From Thermoplasmata archaeon (GTDB taxonomy: Archaea > Thermoplasmatota > Thermoplasmata > Lutacidiplasmatales > UBA184), in NCBI GenBank assembly GCA_035625165.1, contig DASPQC010000009.1:9791-73790 (forward strand): 64,000 nucleotides of DNA. The letters are read 5' to 3'. Positions within the stretch are counted from its first letter, which is position 1; each line of letters begins with the position of its first letter. The notes beneath the pieces were generated by a model. That model was given only the letters and a program-made list of their open reading frames with translations. It did not search any database and had not been told where the DNA came from. Shown here piece by piece: positions 27,342 through 35,141 of this stretch. A program made the translations under genes and the position numbers.

Positions 27342-28038
27342 GGCCCTTCGGCCGCGCCGCGTAGAGCGGCGCCACCAGCGACCGGACGTCCGTGTGGACC
27401 TGCTCGGGGGTCCGGTTCGCGTCCACGCGGTGGAAACGGTACTGGTCGGCCATCCAGTCGAACTCCTTCGAAAGGCGCTCCTGGTAGAGGAAGAAGCTCT
27501 CGAAGAGGTCCCGCGAGAGCGAGAGGTCCATCCCGCTCTCCCAGTAATCGAGCGACCCGTACTTCGAGATCGACCGATGGAGGAGGATCTCGGGCCGTGC
27601 CTCGAGGAAGACGATGACGTCCGGGCGGACCGCGAACGAGTAGAGCTCGCGGGCCCACTCGCGGGTCGCCCCGCGGACGATCGCGCGGGCCATCAGCGTG
27701 TAGATGTACCGGTCGGCGAGCACGGTGCTGCCCGCGGAGAGCGCCGGGATGATCTTGTTCTCGAGCTGGTCGGCGAAGTCGGCCGCGTAGAGGAGCGCCA
27801 TCGTGGTCGCCGCGAGCGTGTGGCCCTTCTTCGCCTGGTCGATCTCGGCGCTGACGAGGTCGGAGCGGCGGAGACCCGTGTCGACCACCGCGTGACCCTC
27901 GACCTCGAGCCACTCCTTGAGAAGGGTCACCTCCGTGGTCCGGCCCGAGCCGTCCGCCCCCTCGAGGACGACCAGCCGGCCGTGGAGGGGACCGGTGGGC
28001 ATCCCGGGAAGGCGGGTCCCGTACGTCCTACCCGTCAT
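27307..28038 (-). CDS. Thymidylate-kinase-like P-loop protein 2 (Walker A Lys replaced by Arg)
   Basis: 'LVVLEGADGSGRTTE' (GRT instead of GKS/T), DRY motif 'ADRYIYTLMA', and the insert 'LDYWESGMDLSLSRD' shared with its upstream paralog. The ATG overlaps the paralog's stop by 11 nt. Confidence 0.8.
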   Translation of the reverse strand: MTGRTYGTRLPGMPTGPLHGRLVVLEGADGSGRTTEVTLLKEWLEVEGHAVVDTGLRRSDLVSAEIDQAKKGHTLAATTMALLYAADFADQLENKIIPALSAGSTVLADRYIYTLMARAIVRGATREWARELYSFAVRPDVIVFLEARPEILLHRSISKYGSLDYWESGMDLSLSRDLFESFFLYQERLSKEFDWMADQYRFHRVDANRTPEQVHTDVRSLVAPLYAARPKGPTTPRPRAASA

Positions 28039-28726
28039 GCATCAGCCTCTCGACCGTCGGGAAACCGTCCAGGAGCGGGCGGACCGCCGCGCGGAGGTCG
28101 GCCTGAATCTGCTCGACCCGCCGGGTGGAGTCCACCACCGTGAAGCGGTCGCTCTGCGCGAGCTTCTCGTACTCGCGCTTGAGCCGGTTCTGGAACTTGA
28201 GGTAGCTCTCCTCGACATCGTCCGATAGGCCGAGGTCCATCCCGGCCTCGTAGTAGTTGATCTTGAGCCGGGAGGCGAGCTTCCGCCGCAGCGTGACCGA
28301 CACCGGGACGCGGAAGTAGAAGACCCGGTCCGGGCGGGGGGCGAAGGAGTAGATCGTCCGCACCCACGCAGGGTCGCAGCCGCGCGCGGCGTCCCGCACG
28401 AACGCCGTGTAGGCGTAGCGGTCGCAGACGACCAAGTAGCCCGCCCGCAGCGGAGGAAGCATCTTCCGCTCGAAGCGGTCGGCGAAGTCGGTGGCGTGGA
28501 GGAGGCTGAAGGTGGTCGGAGTCAGGAGGTTCTTCTTCTTGCCGCGCCGGATCACGCCCGAGACGAGCTCCGACGAGTTCCACTCGGTGAAGAAGACGCG
28601 GTAGCCCTGCGACTGGAGCCACTTCCCCAGCAGCGCGGCCTGGGTCGACTTCCCGCTCCCATCCAGTCCCTCGAAAACGAGGAGCCGGCCCGGATAGCCG
28701 TGGTTCGGGGAGGGCGTCTCAGGCAT
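28028..28726 (-). CDS. Thymidylate-kinase-like P-loop protein 1 (canonical Walker A)
   Basis: 'LLVFEGLDGSGKSTQ', DRY motif 'CDRYAYTAFV' and insert 'INYYEAGMDLGLSDD'. ATG 28726 overlaps the ppx stop by 8 nt. Only the C-terminal 232 aa of the 494-aa track ORF are credible. Confidence 0.85.
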   Translation of the reverse strand: MPETPSPNHGYPGRLLVFEGLDGSGKSTQAALLGKWLQSQGYRVFFTEWNSSELVSGVIRRGKKKNLLTPTTFSLLHATDFADRFERKMLPPLRAGYLVVCDRYAYTAFVRDAARGCDPAWVRTIYSFAPRPDRVFYFRVPVSVTLRRKLASRLKINYYEAGMDLGLSDDVEESYLKFQNRLKREYEKLAQSDRFTVVDSTRRVEQIQADLRAAVRPLLDGFPTVERLMHDG

Positions 28727-30275
28727 CACGGAACCGAACCTCGAGGTCGAACACCCGCTCCATCGGCCGTCGCGCCTTCTCGGGCCACCGGGGCGGTAGC
28801 GCCGTATCGGTCGGGGTAGAAAAGGTAACGCCCAGAGTGCGCGAGCCGTTCGGCAGGGAAAACCGGGGCCGGGCCGGCGCGAGGAGTTCCGCGACCTCGA
28901 GGAGGGCCCCCAGCTTGACCGCCGTGTCGAGCTCCTCCCCGCCGACGATGGGGAGAAAATCCCGCTTCCACTCGGAGGGGGGGTCGTCCCCCTCGTGGAG
29001 CCAGGCGGCCATCCCGGCGAGCAGGACCTCCCGCTGGTCGAGCCCCCAGATCGGGTAGCTTTGGATGAGATAGGAGGCGTGAGCGGGATGGTTCCACAGG
29101 TCGACCGACGACCCCGCATCGTGCATGCCGGCGGCGACCCGAAGCGCGAGCCGCTCGGATGGACCTCCGCCGAACCGCAAGGCGACGAGGTCATAGAGCG
29201 AGAGCGCGGCGTCGACCAGCCCACGCCCCGAGTCGACCTTGAGCGAGAACGATTCCCCGGCGGCGGCGACCGAGCGGTCGGCGAGGCTCTCGGCGGTCGC
29301 GGGGAGCTCGGCGCCGATCGCCTCGAGGGCGATCCCTTCCCGGATCCCCGTACCCGAAACGATGATTCGCTCCGCGCCGAACGCTCGGGTCGTCTCCTCC
29401 AGGACCGCGACCCCCGCGAGCACGACATCCGCCCGGTCGTTCCCGATACCGGGGACGGCTCGCCGCTTCGCCGCGGGCATCTCGGCGAGGAGCTCGTGGA
29501 GTGCCGAGACATCCCGCGCGTAGAGGGGGTAGCCGTGAACCCGCCGGATCGGCCAGTCCCTCAGCTCGATCGCGGCGCGCGCGAGCGAACGGACGGTTCC
29601 TCCGACGCCGACGAGGCGGTAGGAGTGCTTCCCGAACGCCTTCACGACCGAGGCCAGTGTGCCGCGGACGTGCTCGCGGAGCGTCTCCCACTCCCGCCGT
29701 TTCGGCGGGTCGTGGTCGAGGAAGCGCTTCGAGAGCCGAAGCACGCCCAGCGGAAGGCTGACGGAGTTCCGCAGACCCCCCGATCTCACCTCGGCGAGCT
29801 GCATCGAACCCCCGCCCAGGTCGAAGATGACCTCGTTCTCGAGGGGCCAGGCACTCGCGACCCCGAGGTACGCATACCGGGCCTCCTCCGTCCCCGGGAG
29901 AATCCGAAGGGTTACCCCGGTCGCCCGTTCCACCTCGTGCACGAACTCGGTCGCGTTCGTGGCGTCCCGGACGGCGCTGGTCGCGACCGCGAGCGTTCGC
30001 CCGAGACCGAGCGACCGGGCGACCTCGGAGAACCGTCGTACCGTGCCCACCCCGCGCGCGACCGCCTCCTCCGAGAGGCTGCCGTCCGGCAGGAGGCCGA
30101 GGCCGAGCCGCGGGGCGTCCTTCGTCTCGTAGATCGCGCGGACCGCCCGCGAGCGCGAGGCCTCGAAAGCTACGAAGCGCGCCGTGTTCGACCCGATGTC
30201 GATGACGCCGAGCGTGCTGGCCGGGCGACTGGGACGCGAGTCTCGAAGCGTCACCGTCACGCGGGCCCGGTTCAT
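28719..30275 (-). CDS. ppx: Exopolyphosphatase / guanosine pentaphosphate phosphohydrolase (Ppx/GppA family)
   Basis: ASKHA motifs 'LGVIDIGSNTARFVAFE' and 'VIFDLGGGSMQL', plus a C-terminal helical HD-like domain ('HDAGSSVDLWNHPAHASYLI'). Confidence 0.9.
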   Translation of the reverse strand: MNRARVTVTLRDSRPSRPASTLGVIDIGSNTARFVAFEASRSRAVRAIYETKDAPRLGLGLLPDGSLSEEAVARGVGTVRRFSEVARSLGLGRTLAVATSAVRDATNATEFVHEVERATGVTLRILPGTEEARYAYLGVASAWPLENEVIFDLGGGSMQLAEVRSGGLRNSVSLPLGVLRLSKRFLDHDPPKRREWETLREHVRGTLASVVKAFGKHSYRLVGVGGTVRSLARAAIELRDWPIRRVHGYPLYARDVSALHELLAEMPAAKRRAVPGIGNDRADVVLAGVAVLEETTRAFGAERIIVSGTGIREGIALEAIGAELPATAESLADRSVAAAGESFSLKVDSGRGLVDAALSLYDLVALRFGGGPSERLALRVAAGMHDAGSSVDLWNHPAHASYLIQSYPIWGLDQREVLLAGMAAWLHEGDDPPSEWKRDFLPIVGGEELDTAVKLGALLEVAELLAPARPRFSLPNGSRTLGVTFSTPTDTALPPRWPEKARRPMERVFDLEVRFRDA

Positions 30276-30295
30276 GCCCCGGGGAAGAAGCGTTC

Positions 30296-30302
30296 CATTA
30301 AG
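30296..30302 (-). promoter_or_regulatory. Candidate TATA box for the ppx-tmkL1-tmkL2 operon
   Basis: CATTAAG (minus strand CTTAATG) about 24 nt upstream of ATG 30275, within the 85-nt divergent spacer shared with the CHAD gene. Confidence 0.3.
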
Positions 30303-30360
30303 CCCCTTGGCACCGACCGGCCCGACCCTGGGTCGGCCCCGAATCCCTTTCTAGACGACC

Positions 30361-31290
30361 GTGTTCCGGCGAGCGGAGGAGGAGCATCTGCCCCCGTCCC
30401 CGCGCCCCGCGCGCCCTGTGCAGCTCTCGGCCGAGCTCCACCGTCGCCTCGACTCCGTCACGCATCGGGTCGACCACGCCATCACCGAGCCCCATCCATC
30501 GGTCGAGAGCCTCCACCAGCTCCATCGGGAGATGCGCCGCCTCCTGGTCGGGCTCAACATCTGGGCGCAACTCCTGCCTCAGCGAGAGCGGGACGCGTTG
30601 CGGCCGGTCGTGCGCCGCTGGAAGCGGTTGAGCCGACTGGTTGGTCAGGTCCGCGACCACGACGTGGTTCTCTCGCTCCTCGAGGAGGTGGAGTCGGCCC
30701 GGGTCCCCCCGGAAGACGCCCGCGGCTACCACGAGTTCCTAAGCCGCCTCCGCGATGACACGCGCACCGGTCGCGAGCTCCTCCGGGCGTTCCTGCGAAC
30801 CGAGCGGGAGGCCCGTCTGCTCGAGGAAGTGGGCGTCGCGATCGACTCGACGCCGCTGCACACGGCCGGTGTCCGTCTCCGGCGGCTCCTCGCGGTTGAG
30901 ACCGAGTACCGCTGGGGCCGGGTGCGGAAGGCCCACCGGAAGGCCCGTCGGCGGCCGACGGTCGACCGCTTGCACCGGCTGCGGATTCGCCTCCGGCAGC
31001 TTCGCCACACGGCCGACCTCGTCGGTATCGTCGACCCGCAGGCGGTCGCCTCCATCCCCGTCGCGTTCCGCCGACTCCAGGCGCACCTGGGTCGCCTCCA
31101 CGACCTGGACGTGGCGCTGCTCACCTTGGACCCCGAGCGAGCCGAGATGGCTTGGGGAGAAGCGCTCCGGGTCCGCCGCCGGCGTGAGCGACGGGCCGCC
31201 CGCCGGGCGCTCGCCTCCCTCGCGGTCGCGCCGGCCCGCCGCCGGCGGAAAGTGGCGCCGCGGGTCCGGAGGGCGACCGTACGTCGCTAG
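30361..31290 (+). CDS. CHAD-domain protein
   Basis: All-helical with His/Arg-rich repeats 'LHQLHREMRRL', 'LHRLRIRLRQLRHTADL' and 'LQAHLGRLHDLDV'. GTG start, with GTG 30418 as the alternative. Divergent from ppx. Confidence 0.75.
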   Translation: MFRRAEEEHLPPSPRPARPVQLSAELHRRLDSVTHRVDHAITEPHPSVESLHQLHREMRRLLVGLNIWAQLLPQRERDALRPVVRRWKRLSRLVGQVRDHDVVLSLLEEVESARVPPEDARGYHEFLSRLRDDTRTGRELLRAFLRTEREARLLEEVGVAIDSTPLHTAGVRLRRLLAVETEYRWGRVRKAHRKARRRPTVDRLHRLRIRLRQLRHTADLVGIVDPQAVASIPVAFRRLQAHLGRLHDLDVALLTLDPERAEMAWGEALRVRRRRERRAARRALASLAVAPARRRRKVAPRVRRATVRR

Positions 31291-31382
31291 CTTCGGCTCC
31301 CGGACATCCCCCGGCCACGGACGGGGTCGCTCGCGAGAGCCTCCGGGCGGCGCTCGCGGAGACCGGAGCGATCGGCGCGACC

Positions 31383-32813
31383 GTGCGCCAGCTCGCGGCG
31401 CGCCTCTCGGACTCCACCTTCCGAGTCGTGACCACCCTCGATGAACTCGAAAAGGGAGGGGAGGTGCTCCGCATGGGCCGCGGCCTCTGGGTCCTCCGCG
31501 ACTTCGAGCAGCTTACCGGGCGGGACGACTTCGCCGGGCCGGCGGAGTTCGTTGAACGGTTCGAACGAGAGGAGGGGGTGGCGCTCGGCCGCTACGACGG
31601 TCCGATCACGTTTCGGTCGAACGAGGAGCTCCCCGTCCATCGATGGTGGCCGTACGTCCAGGGATTCTCGGCGGAGTTCGTTCGAGGAATCCTCGACCGG
31701 ACCCCGCACGGGAGGGGCTTCCGGGTCCTCGACCCGTTCGCCGGCAGCGGCACCACGCTCGTCGAGGCGCGACGCGCCGGGGGACGGGCCGTCGGGTCGG
31801 AGCTGCTCGCGCCGGCCGTCCTCGCGGCGCGCGTCAAGACGAACTTCGAGCTCGACCCGACCGAGCTCGCTTCGGCCGCCGAGCGTTTGCTCAGGTCCGC
31901 GGCCCGAGCGCGGGCGGGACCGCTCCCGTTCCTGCGTGAGACTCGTCGCCAGTTCCGCCCGGCGGCCCTGGCCGAACTCACCCGTCTGAAGGCGACCTTG
32001 CCGCCCGAGGACGGCGCGACCGCCGATGCGCTCCGTCTCGCCTTCGGGAGGATCCTGATCCCCTCGAGCCGGCTGCACCGTTCCCCTTGCCTCGGCTACG
32101 CGCGCTCGGCCCCCGGGGCGGGCCCCCTCCCGTTCGAGCGTTTCCGGGCGGCGGTGGCCGCGATGGCCGAGGACCTCGCCGCCCTCCGAACGGAACGGGT
32201 CCGATGGGGCCCGCCCGCCGACGTGCGCCGGGAGGATGCCCGCTCGGCCCGGTGGCCCGCGGGGAAGATCGACCTCGCGGTCACGAGCCCGCCGTACGTG
32301 AACGGCATGGACTACGTGATGAACTACAAGCTCGACCTCGCCTGGCTGGGGTACGCGCGGTCGTACGGAGACCTGGCGGCTCTCCGGCGCGCCGAGGTCG
32401 CCTGCGACAACCTCCCGCGGGCGGAGACGGCGCCGTTCCTCCACACGCAGGACCTGCCCGACCCGTGGCTTGAGGAGATCCTCCCGCGAATTCGCGACAA
32501 CGTCCACCGCAAAGGGAGCTACCGCCGCTCGGACGTCCACGCCGTCGTCCACCGTTACTTTGCGGATGTGGCGGAAGTGATGGCCGGCGTCCGTAGGGCG
32601 CTCCGACCGGGGGGACGGTTCGTCCTCGTGGTCGGCGACTCCCTGCTCGCGGGTGTCTACGTGCCCGGCGACCTCCTCCTCGCACGGATCGGCCGGTCGC
32701 TCGGCCTCAAGGTCGTCTCGGTGGAAGTCGCTCGCAAGCGTCGCAGCGGCCAGCGACGGAGTTTCGAGCTCCGCGAGTCGGTGGTCACCCTCGAGCGCCC
32801 GTCCGGCTCTTAG
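31383..32813 (+). CDS. DNA (N4-cytosine/N6-adenine) methyltransferase with N-terminal wHTH-like region
   Basis: SAM motif I 'VLDPFAGSGTTLVEA', catalytic motif IV 'DLAVTSPPYVNGMDY' about 180 aa later, and 'ALRPGGRFVLVVGD'. N-terminal 'VRQLAARLSDSTFRVVTTLDELEKGGEVLRMGRGLWVL'. Confidence 0.75.
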   Translation: MRQLAARLSDSTFRVVTTLDELEKGGEVLRMGRGLWVLRDFEQLTGRDDFAGPAEFVERFEREEGVALGRYDGPITFRSNEELPVHRWWPYVQGFSAEFVRGILDRTPHGRGFRVLDPFAGSGTTLVEARRAGGRAVGSELLAPAVLAARVKTNFELDPTELASAAERLLRSAARARAGPLPFLRETRRQFRPAALAELTRLKATLPPEDGATADALRLAFGRILIPSSRLHRSPCLGYARSAPGAGPLPFERFRAAVAAMAEDLAALRTERVRWGPPADVRREDARSARWPAGKIDLAVTSPPYVNGMDYVMNYKLDLAWLGYARSYGDLAALRRAEVACDNLPRAETAPFLHTQDLPDPWLEEILPRIRDNVHRKGSYRRSDVHAVVHRYFADVAEVMAGVRRALRPGGRFVLVVGDSLLAGVYVPGDLLLARIGRSLGLKVVSVEVARKRRSGQRRSFELRESVVTLERPSGS

Positions 32814-32874
32814 AAGAGGGCTCCCCACCGGGCGGGACGTTGGGTTCTTCCCCCGGGCGGGTCTCTCCCCCGCG

Positions 32875-33162
32875 ATGTTCTGTCCGGTCTGCGGGCGGAC
32901 GCTCCAGGGTCCGGCTTCTCCGACGGTGCCGTTCCCCATCTACGTCTGTCCGCACGACGGAGTCGTTCACGACCAGCGCCGGGAGCTCTGGCACGGGCTT
33001 CCGAACGAGATCGCGAAGCTCCACTGCCCGATCTGCGGGGGCCGCATGGAGTTCGAGCCGAAGGAGCCGCCCCATCGCATCTTCTTCTGCTACCAGTGCG
33101 GGACGACGTACGACCGCGAGCGAGGCGCTTGGTTCGGTCTGACCTACTACCGCCCGCCGTGA
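32875..33162 (+). CDS. Small double zinc-ribbon protein
   Basis: 95 aa with 'CPVCG...CPHDG' and 'CPICGG...CYQCG'. Confidence 0.5.
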   Translation: MFCPVCGRTLQGPASPTVPFPIYVCPHDGVVHDQRRELWHGLPNEIAKLHCPICGGRMEFEPKEPPHRIFFCYQCGTTYDRERGAWFGLTYYRPP

Positions 33163-33237
33163 CCGGGCGCAGTCGCTGCCGGTCGAGAGAAACCCTTAAC
33201 CGCCGCCGGGGCGGCTGGACCTCATCGCGGAGGAGAG

Positions 33238-33981
33238 ATGCCCGCTCGTGAACCGGTGCCCCGGTTCCTCGAACCGCTGCTCGGCGTGGTCTTCGACCTC
33301 GACGGAACGCTCGTACTGTCGCACCACGACTTCGGCCGGATCCGCTCGACCGTCGTTCGGATCGCGGAGCGGCACGGGGTGATGCCGGGACGGCTCTCGG
33401 TCCAGGAGCCGGTCCACCGGATCGTCGAGACGGCCCGCGAGGAGATGCGGACGAAGGGTCTCCCGGATACGGAGTTCTTCCGTTTCGAGGCCGAGTACTC
33501 GAAGGCGGTCGACGAGATCGAGCTCGAGGCGCTTCCCCGTACGGTGCCGCGACCGGGGGCCCCCCAGCTCCTCCAGGGACTCGCCAGCCGGGGGTTCCGG
33601 CTCGGGGTCCTCACGCGGAGCTCCGAACACTTCGCCCGAGCCGCCCTCGACAAGGTCGGGCTCGCGCCGTTCTTCTCGTACTTGAGGAGCCGAAGCGCCC
33701 CGGGACCGGCGAAGCCGTCGCCCGACTCGCTCCTGCTCGTGCTTCGCGAGATGGGGGTACCGCTCGACCGTGCGCTGTTCGTCGGCGACCACCTCATCGA
33801 TGCGGAGACGGCCACCCGCGCCCGGGTCCGGTTCTACGCGGTCCTACCGGAGCCGAGCGAGGCGACCGCGGTGACCATGACGACCGACCGGTTCCTCGCC
33901 GCGGGGGCTTCCGCGGTCGCGCGCGACCTCTTCGAGCTCGCGAAGCACTTGGACGTCCGCGCCACGGCCCACGCGGCGTAG
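33238..33981 (+). CDS. HAD-superfamily hydrolase (phosphatase-like)
   Basis: Motif I 'VVFDLDGTLV', motif II 'LGVLTRS', 'AKPSPD', and motif IV 'FVGDHLIDAE'. Confidence 0.8.
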   Translation: MPAREPVPRFLEPLLGVVFDLDGTLVLSHHDFGRIRSTVVRIAERHGVMPGRLSVQEPVHRIVETAREEMRTKGLPDTEFFRFEAEYSKAVDEIELEALPRTVPRPGAPQLLQGLASRGFRLGVLTRSSEHFARAALDKVGLAPFFSYLRSRSAPGPAKPSPDSLLLVLREMGVPLDRALFVGDHLIDAETATRARVRFYAVLPEPSEATAVTMTTDRFLAAGASAVARDLFELAKHLDVRATAHAA

Positions 33982-34010
33982 CGACCGACCCGCGCGACCG
34001 AAGACGTCGG

Positions 34011-35006
34011 CTACAGATACTCGGCCCAAGCGTGGATGACCGCGCGCTCGGCCGTGGCCCACGCCTCGGGGACCTGGTTCCACCCGTTGCGGAGGTCCCC
34101 GACGCAGTAGAGCCCGGGGATCGGCTCACCGGTGGCCGCGGAAAGGGCACGGCAATCCTCGTCGGTGACCACGTACCCGTCCGGGTCGAAGCGACAACCG
34201 AGCGAGCGCGGGATCTCGTGGTGCATGTCGTACCATCCGAGCGCGGAGAATCCACGGTCGAAGCTCCGGTGACTCCCGTCCGCGAAAGTCACCCCGAAGC
34301 GCTTCTCGCGGATCTCGTCAAAGCCCGTCATCTCCGCGGGGACGTGGGCGATCCGGTGCTCCTTCAGCGCCTCGAGCAGAGTCGTCCGTTCCTCCCCTTC
34401 GGTTCCCTCGAGGAGCGGGTGACCGTGGGTGAGGAGCTCAACCGCCTTCGGTTCGAAGTGCAGGATGTCGAGGGCCGTCCGGGCCGCGAAGGCATCGTGG
34501 CCGATCACGGCGACCGTCTTTCCCTCAAGCTCGTGCCCGTCGCAGATGAGGCAGAAGTTCACGAGGCCGAAGTTGGCCCACGGGAAGATCGGGTCGATCT
34601 TCCCGCCCACCGCCGCGATCCGGTCGACCACGCCCATCGCGAGGATGAGCGCACGGCTCTCGGTGCGGTGCGTCTGCTTCAGCCAGTCGAACACGACCGA
34701 GAACCCCCGGTCGGTCCGCTGGGCGGCGACCGCGCGGGCCGGGGTGAAGTAGCCGACGCGTTCGCTGAACCGCTTCACCGCGGCGACCTGCAGGTCGAGG
34801 AGCTGGTGGCCCGAGACCCCGTCGGGAAACCCGGGGATGTTGTCCATCCGCGGCGCGTAGTACGACCGCGAGTACTTCGGCCCACGGTCGATCACCGCGG
34901 CCGTGTAGTGAAGAAGGGCCGCCTTGAGGCCGGCCTGGAGCCCCGCATGACCGCCCCCGAGCACCACGATGTCGTACCGTTCCTTGAGGCGGGGAGGACC
35001 GGGCAT
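34011..35006 (-). CDS. Thioredoxin-reductase-like FAD-dependent pyridine nucleotide-disulfide oxidoreductase
   Basis: 'YDIVVLGGGHAGLQAGLKAA', redox CxxC in 'FCLICDGHE', 'VAVIGHDAFAA' and 'LYCVGD'. Start at ATG 35006. Confidence 0.75.
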   Translation of the reverse strand: MPGPPRLKERYDIVVLGGGHAGLQAGLKAALLHYTAAVIDRGPKYSRSYYAPRMDNIPGFPDGVSGHQLLDLQVAAVKRFSERVGYFTPARAVAAQRTDRGFSVVFDWLKQTHRTESRALILAMGVVDRIAAVGGKIDPIFPWANFGLVNFCLICDGHELEGKTVAVIGHDAFAARTALDILHFEPKAVELLTHGHPLLEGTEGEERTTLLEALKEHRIAHVPAEMTGFDEIREKRFGVTFADGSHRSFDRGFSALGWYDMHHEIPRSLGCRFDPDGYVVTDEDCRALSAATGEPIPGLYCVGDLRNGWNQVPEAWATAERAVIHAWAEYL

Positions 35007-35141
35007 CTCGCGGGCGAGCGGGCGGCAGGATTTGATGGCTCGCTCGGCGCCGTCGCGGCCCGGCGGCCTGCGTAACGGTCCCGGCGTCGGCAAATCTTAA
35101 ACCCTGACCGCTTCCTCGGTCGTGTCGGGTTCCCGACCGCC

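Noticed and set aside
27307-28726. Tmk-like pair as PPK2-family polyphosphate kinases
   Set aside because: PPK2 enzymes have a different Walker A context (as I recall, ...EGRDAAGKGG...) and lid motifs. These two proteins show Tmk-type EGxDGSG(K/R)(S/T)T and DRY motifs. I therefore treat them as Tmk-like rather than PPK2, and the polyP-kinase idea rests on context instead.
28028-29512. 494-aa minus-strand ORF as a single protein
   Set aside because: The N-terminal ~260 aa are a Ser/Arg/Pro-rich alternative frame of ppx. Only the C-terminal 232 aa (from ATG 28726) form the Tmk-like protein.
31287-32939. 550-aa minus-strand ORF
   Set aside because: It is antisense to the methyltransferase, which carries DPFAGSGTT and SPPY. 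The sequence is Arg/Gly/Pro-rich junk.
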